From positions 124,001 through 188,000 of the IMG/VR virus record IMGVR_UViG_3300023184_004198: a DNA stretch of 64,000 bases, one strand, 5' to 3'. Position numbers and translations under genes: made by a program. This document shows positions 59,301-64,000 of the stretch, in pieces. A model generated the notes under the pieces. It saw only the letters and a list, made by a program, of their open reading frames with translations. It ran no database searches and was not told where the DNA came from. Position 1 is the first letter of the stretch; each line of letters opens with the position of its first letter.

Positions 59301-59759
59301 ATGTGGATTTTACACTTCTTACCGGACACACTCATACTTTGGATCTGCAACACGGTGTTGTTGGCAGGCATCTTGCTGACTGTGACAGCATTTTTTATCA
59401 AACGCATACCTGTCATAAACCAATACCGGATACCCGCACAAGTTCTGGGCATCGCACTGCTGGTGATAGGCGTATACTGGCGCGGTGGCTATGCTATCGA
59501 AATGGAATGGCGAGAACGTGTGGCCGAAGTAGAAGCCAAGGTAGCGGCTGCTGAAGCACAGAGCCGAGAAGCCAACACAAAAATTGTAACCAAAGTTGTT
59601 ACAAAAACACAGGTTATACGAACTCGTGGCGAAACTATCACCAAATACATTGACCGGGAAATTGTACAGTATGATACAAAGTTTGCCCCAGGTGGCCAGT
59701 GTGAAATACCACAAGAATTTATCAAAGCACACAACAGTGCAGCAGAGGCACCCAAATGA
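59301..59759 (+). CDS. Putative i-spanin (Rz-like)
   Basis: N-terminal TMs, coiled coil, C-terminal CEIPQEFIKAHN. Confidence 0.65.
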   Translation: MWILHFLPDTLILWICNTVLLAGILLTVTAFFIKRIPVINQYRIPAQVLGIALLVIGVYWRGGYAIEMEWRERVAEVEAKVAAAEAQSREANTKIVTKVVTKTQVIRTRGETITKYIDREIVQYDTKFAPGGQCEIPQEFIKAHNSAAEAPK

Positions 59760-60292
59760 AAATTAACGACATTATTACAGAAGCCAAATCGGCACATCCA
59801 CGACAGGCTGCAAAAGCCATAGCCATGAGAAATGCGGGCATAAAACCCAAGCACATGGGCGAGAGTGCAGAGTTGGCTGAAGAGTTTGATCTCATTGAAT
59901 CAATCATTGAACGCCTGGCCGAACACAACGGTGTGGATTCTGAAGTGATCTGGGAAGATTTAGAAACACTGTCAGAAGATGAACTGTATGTGTTTGCTGT
60001 GACATCAGAGCCCATCATGGAAAGTGAAGCCTGGCAAAAAGCCAACAACCGTGACAAAACAGATGGCATGAGTCGCAAAGCAGTGAAAACTTATCGCAGA
60101 GAACATCCAGGCAGTAAACTACAAACAGCAGTTACTACCAAGCCTAGTAAACTCAAGCGTGGTAGCAAGGCCAGCAAGCGTAGATCAAGTTATTGCAGTC
60201 GCAGTCGTGGACAGATGAAGATGCACAGCATTTCGTGTTCCAAGACTCCAGACAAAGCAATATGCAAAGCACGTCGTCGTTGGAACTGCTGA
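59756..60292 (+). CDS. Protein with acidic middle and basic Cys-containing C-terminal domain
   Basis: MKINDIITEA; C-terminal KRRSSYCSR...ARRRWNC. Confidence 0.75.
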   Translation: MKINDIITEAKSAHPRQAAKAIAMRNAGIKPKHMGESAELAEEFDLIESIIERLAEHNGVDSEVIWEDLETLSEDELYVFAVTSEPIMESEAWQKANNRDKTDGMSRKAVKTYRREHPGSKLQTAVTTKPSKLKRGSKASKRRSSYCSRSRGQMKMHSISCSKTPDKAICKARRRWNC

Positions 60293-60552
60293 TGCGAGTA
60301 CTACTGTTATCATTGCTACTCACCGGTTGCAGTACTGTGGTACCTGTCACTGCCAAGTTTCCTGAAGCACCGGGTAACATAGCAATGACCCCTTGTCCAC
60401 AACTGCAAAAATTAGCAGAAGATGCCAAGTTAAGTGACATCACAAAAACTGTCACAGTAAACTATGGCACGTATTATGAATGTGCTGTGAAAACAGATGC
60501 CTGGATTGAGTGGTATCAAAAACAACAACAAATATTCAACAACATAAAATAA
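60292..60552 (+). CDS. Putative o-spanin lipoprotein (Rz1-like)
   Basis: Lipobox LTGC, Pro-rich, PCPQL and YECA. Confidence 0.7.
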   Translation: MRVLLLSLLLTGCSTVVPVTAKFPEAPGNIAMTPCPQLQKLAEDAKLSDITKTVTVNYGTYYECAVKTDAWIEWYQKQQQIFNNIK

Positions 60553-60562
60553 GGAGCCACAA

Positions 60563-61177
60563 ATGGAACTAACAATCGGTCAACTAAAACAAATGGTGCC
60601 CGGCATACCCTATGCTGAACACTGGTATGAAGCATTAGACCAATTATTACCCGACTATGAGATCAACACACCCGAACGCATTGCTGCCTTTATAGCACAG
60701 TGCGCACATGAGTCAGGCGGATTCCGGTTCATCAAAGAAAACTTGAACTACAAAGCAGAAAGTCTGCGTAAAATTTTTAGCAAGTATTTTCCCACAGATG
60801 AACTAGCACAGGCCTATGCTAAAAAGCCTGAAATGATTGCCAACAGAGTTTACGCTAATCGCATGGGCAACGGTGACGAGCACTCCGGTGACGGGTATCG
60901 CTACTGCGGACGTGGGCTGATCCAACTTACTGGCAAAAGCAATTACGAAAACTTTGCTGCCAGTTTGGAAATTTCCCCAGAAGAAGCCGCAGAGTACCTG
61001 GGCACATTTGAAGGTGCCGCACAAAGTGCCTGCTGGTTCTGGGAAAGCAACAACTTGAATGTGGAAGCCGACGCCGGCGACATCAAGAAAATGACCAAGA
61101 AGATCAATGGTGGTTACATTGGTTTGGAAGATCGTATCAAGCACTACGAACACGCATTACACATCATGGGAGCATAA
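60563..61177 (+). CDS. Endolysin, glycoside hydrolase family 19
   Basis: AAFIAQCAHES, ENLNY, YCGRGLIQLTG, INGG..GLEDR. Confidence 0.92.
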   Translation: MELTIGQLKQMVPGIPYAEHWYEALDQLLPDYEINTPERIAAFIAQCAHESGGFRFIKENLNYKAESLRKIFSKYFPTDELAQAYAKKPEMIANRVYANRMGNGDEHSGDGYRYCGRGLIQLTGKSNYENFAASLEISPEEAAEYLGTFEGAAQSACWFWESNNLNVEADAGDIKKMTKKINGGYIGLEDRIKHYEHALHIMGA

Positions 61178-61178
61178 C

Positions 61179-61892
61179 ATGCCAATACAAATTGGCGGCG
61201 GCATTAGTATAGGTGGTGGGATTACTATAGATCAGGGATTTGCACCAAGTGTGACCTTGTCGTATGATTTAGATGCTGCCAACTATTCAGCAGTGCCCAC
61301 AAACGGTTCATTGGATGCCACAGGTACCTATGCTATCACTGTGGCCAATGCTGGTGCTAGTATTTCTTGGCAGGCTGACAATGGTGGATTATTTAGAAAA
61401 AGCAACGCTACAGGCACAGATGTAATCTACGGTGGACCCAACTGGGTTACTGGGCAAAGTTATTCAGTATTCATGGCCTACAGACGCATAGCCACATCCA
61501 GTGGACGACTGCTGAACACACAAAGCGAAGCATCAAAAGACTGGCTCATGGGATTGTACAACGGCAACCCCAACACATTCTATCCCAACTTCTCAGTGAA
61601 CTTGCCTGCCACTGGTGCTGACCTTGTGTGGCGCTTTGGCTGGGCCACATGGAATACCTCTACCAGCACAGGACAGATATGGGGCGCCACTAATACTTTG
61701 CCCACAAATTACTTGTTCACAGGTACCAATGGTGCTGGCGGCGGCTTCAATCAACTGCGAATGTTCAGCAGATCCGCAGGCAGCGAAGTGCAAACCGCTG
61801 ACATAGGCTTTGTCAAAGCCTACAGTGGTATACTGACATTGGCAGACATACAAGGTCTATACAATCAATACCGAACAAGATTTGGATACTAA
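61179..61892 (+). CDS. ConA/LamG-like putative adhesin
   Basis: GGGISIGGGITI leader; beta-rich; ends DIQGLYNQYRTRFGY. Confidence 0.6.
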   Translation: MPIQIGGGISIGGGITIDQGFAPSVTLSYDLDAANYSAVPTNGSLDATGTYAITVANAGASISWQADNGGLFRKSNATGTDVIYGGPNWVTGQSYSVFMAYRRIATSSGRLLNTQSEASKDWLMGLYNGNPNTFYPNFSVNLPATGADLVWRFGWATWNTSTSTGQIWGATNTLPTNYLFTGTNGAGGGFNQLRMFSRSAGSEVQTADIGFVKAYSGILTLADIQGLYNQYRTRFGY

Positions 61893-61903
61893 AGGAGAAT
61901 ACC

Positions 61904-62449
61904 ATGGCTGAAGAGCAAACACAACCCAAACCACTGTCACGTAGCGAACGTGAAGCAGCAATCAAAGACAAAGCAGGCCTAGTGATTGTGATCATGGCCC
62001 TGTTCATGGCTGTGACCACTTACTTTAGCAACAGTTACTCAGGTGCTGTGTTAAAGAACATGCTCAAGGCCACAGACACCTATGCTTTCTATCAGAGCAA
62101 AAGTATCAAGCAAAGCATTGCCGAAGGACAGTTAGAACAAACTCAAAATCCTCAGCGTCGAGCAGAACTCGAAGCCAAAATTGCACGTTACGAAAGTGAC
62201 CCTGCCAAGGGCGAAGGCAAACGTGAACTGTTGCAAAAGGCACAGGCCTATGAAGCAGCACGTGATGAAGCCACCCGACACTCGCCATGGTTGACATTTG
62301 CGTCCCTGGCATTTCAACTGGCCATTGTGCTGTTGAGTGCCAGCATTTTGAGTGTGAACAACACCATGTACAGAATAAGTGAAGTTGTGGCTGTGATTGG
62401 CACAGTGCTGTTGAGCCAGGGTATCTGGCTGTGGATTCCGTTCATCTAA
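61904..62449 (+). CDS. DUF4337-like membrane protein
   Basis: TM, then DTYAFYQSKSIK, coiled coil and two TMs. Confidence 0.7.
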   Translation: MAEEQTQPKPLSRSEREAAIKDKAGLVIVIMALFMAVTTYFSNSYSGAVLKNMLKATDTYAFYQSKSIKQSIAEGQLEQTQNPQRRAELEAKIARYESDPAKGEGKRELLQKAQAYEAARDEATRHSPWLTFASLAFQLAIVLLSASILSVNNTMYRISEVVAVIGTVLLSQGIWLWIPFI

Positions 62450-62506
62450 CACGCACTTAATCTAGCACAAGATCCGTTAAATACTCATAGCCACCATCGA
62501 AGTGGC

Positions 62507-63340
62507 ATGAGTTATAATAAGATGGATCCACTAACACTATTTGCATTAGCCAACGGTGCAGTTCAGGCTGTGAAAAAAGGATGTCAACTGTACAAGGACA
62601 TCAAATCCGCTGCGGGCGATGTAAAAGGCGTACTTAAAGATCTTGACAATCAGTTTCACAAAAAGTACGATGGCAAGCCTGTGCCTGACGCTGCTGTCAA
62701 ACAACTCAACGAAGAAAAAGCCCGGGTCAAAGACCTAAACAAACGCAGTGAAGAAAGCACCAATATCTACACAGAGATTGGAGATGCCTTGGGACAGTAC
62801 TACGACAACTATTTCAAATGTTTAGCAGTGCTGGAAGATGAAGAAAAACGTAGCAAAACTGAAGTATACAGTGGTGGTGACAGTCTGGCCAAACGTGCGT
62901 TGAAACGTGTGTTGATGAAAAAGCAACTGGAACAAATGGGCACTGAACTGCGTGAACTCATGATTTATCAAAGCCCACCTGAACTGGGTGCGCTGTTCAC
63001 TGAAGTAGAGGCCATGACCAAAGAACTAGGCAAAGAACAACGAGTTCTCATGGCACGTGAACTAGAAAAAGCACATCGTCGCCGGCAACGCATGGCCAAG
63101 TATCAATTTGAATTTGCATTAGGCATTGCTATTCTTGTGTTGATTCTCATCATGGGCGGATTTTTCATGTGGGTAGCCTATGATGCGCAACGTCGTTGGG
63201 GTAACCCCACTCAATACCGAGACACCTTGGCTGCGGTACAAAAACAAGAATGGTTTGAGCAACAGAAAAAACTCAAAGACTACGAACAATTTTTAGAACA
63301 ACGTCGGCGTGAGGCGGAACAAAATGAATCCAGTCGCTAA
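62507..63340 (+). CDS. Coiled-coil protein with C-terminal TM
   Basis: MDPLTLFALANGAV..; hydrophobic stretch near the C-terminus. Confidence 0.75.
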   Translation: MSYNKMDPLTLFALANGAVQAVKKGCQLYKDIKSAAGDVKGVLKDLDNQFHKKYDGKPVPDAAVKQLNEEKARVKDLNKRSEESTNIYTEIGDALGQYYDNYFKCLAVLEDEEKRSKTEVYSGGDSLAKRALKRVLMKKQLEQMGTELRELMIYQSPPELGALFTEVEAMTKELGKEQRVLMARELEKAHRRRQRMAKYQFEFALGIAILVLILIMGGFFMWVAYDAQRRWGNPTQYRDTLAAVQKQEWFEQQKKLKDYEQFLEQRRREAEQNESSR

Positions 63341-63659
63341 AACTCTGTTGTTGGTCATGGGCACAATACTTGCTGTGTTTGCAATACCTGCTGTATTAAT
63401 CATATTTCATGAGTACTTGAATGCGTTTTTTGCCATTGTGCTGGTGCTGGCCTGTTTTGTGTTGTTTGCCTATTACACCTATCAAGAGTTCTTGCCAGAG
63501 TTTCAGCGAGCACAATTAGAAGAAGAGCAAATTGTAGCCGGCTTTGACGGTGACCCTGAAAAAATACGTTTTTACCGGGGATTCAAAAAACACTTTGATG
63601 GTGATTTAAACTTAGATGAGTTAAAGCAGTGGTTAATTGATCATCCAAGAAAATATTAA
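63324..63659 (+). CDS. Two-TM membrane protein
   Basis: Two hydrophobic segments. Confidence 0.7.
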   Translation: MNPVAKTLLLVMGTILAVFAIPAVLIIFHEYLNAFFAIVLVLACFVLFAYYTYQEFLPEFQRAQLEEEQIVAGFDGDPEKIRFYRGFKKHFDGDLNLDELKQWLIDHPRKY

Positions 63660-63881
63660 TGTCGGGTGTATACCCATACAAAGGTCAAAGTCACTGCGCC
63701 GGCCACAATAAAAATCAAACCCACGGTCAGCATGAATGACCATACAGCAACATTTTCTAAGTATTTTATAAGACGATCAACAAAGGATTTACGCATTTTA
63801 TTATTTAAATACAAGTTGTTTAAAGAATACACAGCAGTTATCTGTATGCAAAAACCATAAATATTCTAAAAGGAGCCTGAC

Positions 63882-64000
63882 ATGGCAGAAGAACAAAAAC
63901 CAGAAAAGAAAGACGAAGACTGGATGCAGAAAAAATGGCGTCCAGCCATGGGATGGATGTACATGTTGGTATGTACCCTGGACATGGCAGTATTCCCTGT
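63882..64000 (+). CDS. Probable 3TM holin (truncated by window end)
   Basis: DWMQKKWRPAMGWMYM; TAAATA and AAGGAG upstream. Confidence 0.65.
   Translation, partial: MAEEQKPEKKDEDWMQKKWRPAMGWMYMLVCTLDMAVFP

Noticed and set aside
1-64000. Diversity-generating retroelement or retron
   Set aside because: No reverse transcriptase and no A-specific template/variable repeat pair seen in this window
1-64000. Alternative genetic code
   Set aside because: Recognisable genes are full length in the standard code and tightly coupled at TAA/TGA/TAG stops
1-64000. Bacterial chromosome, prophage or giant eukaryotic virus
   Set aside because: Host-like genes are isolated among small phage ORFs and tail/lysis genes; SD sites and sigma70 and T4-like late motifs are present; no integrase or att site seen

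Overview
Gene-dense 64 kb segment of a large lytic dsDNA tailed phage, read in the standard code. The host is probably a betaproteobacterium; this is inferred from the Bug/TctC, phasin-like, ErpA-like and ClpP genes. Two promoter classes recur: sigma70-type early promoters (TTGACC-N17-TATAAT), several inside a repeated stem-loop/promoter/RBS cassette, and a T4-like late hexamer TAA(A/T/G)TA that often lies 4-7 nt before an ATG. Recognisable genes include UvsE, an amidinotransferase, two ClpP proteins, a LysM-SLT, two radical SAMs, a D,D-carboxypeptidase, an amidase, NadE, a SleB-type hydrolase, IF-1, SOD and ErpA/IscA. Also present are a tail fibre/baseplate block, a short DnaE fragment, GroES, a clamp loader, a HAD nucleotidase, PhoH, an MTase/sulfotransferase-like/APS-kinase-like/TctC/ferritin-like/GATase cluster and a lysis region. 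No tRNA, rRNA, CRISPR array, integrase or reverse transcriptase was seen. The best leads are: (1) a phasin-like gene under a perfect TGC palindrome resembling a host PhaR operator; (2) a fibre protein ending in Hint + CFI-box domains; (3) the 7-8 gene enzyme/transporter cluster; (4) two structured non-coding RNAs; (5) capsid-targeting-like N-termini on SOD, SLT and a nuclease; (6) a DnaE split just before its catalytic aspartates. All family calls come from manual motif recognition; no database search was run.
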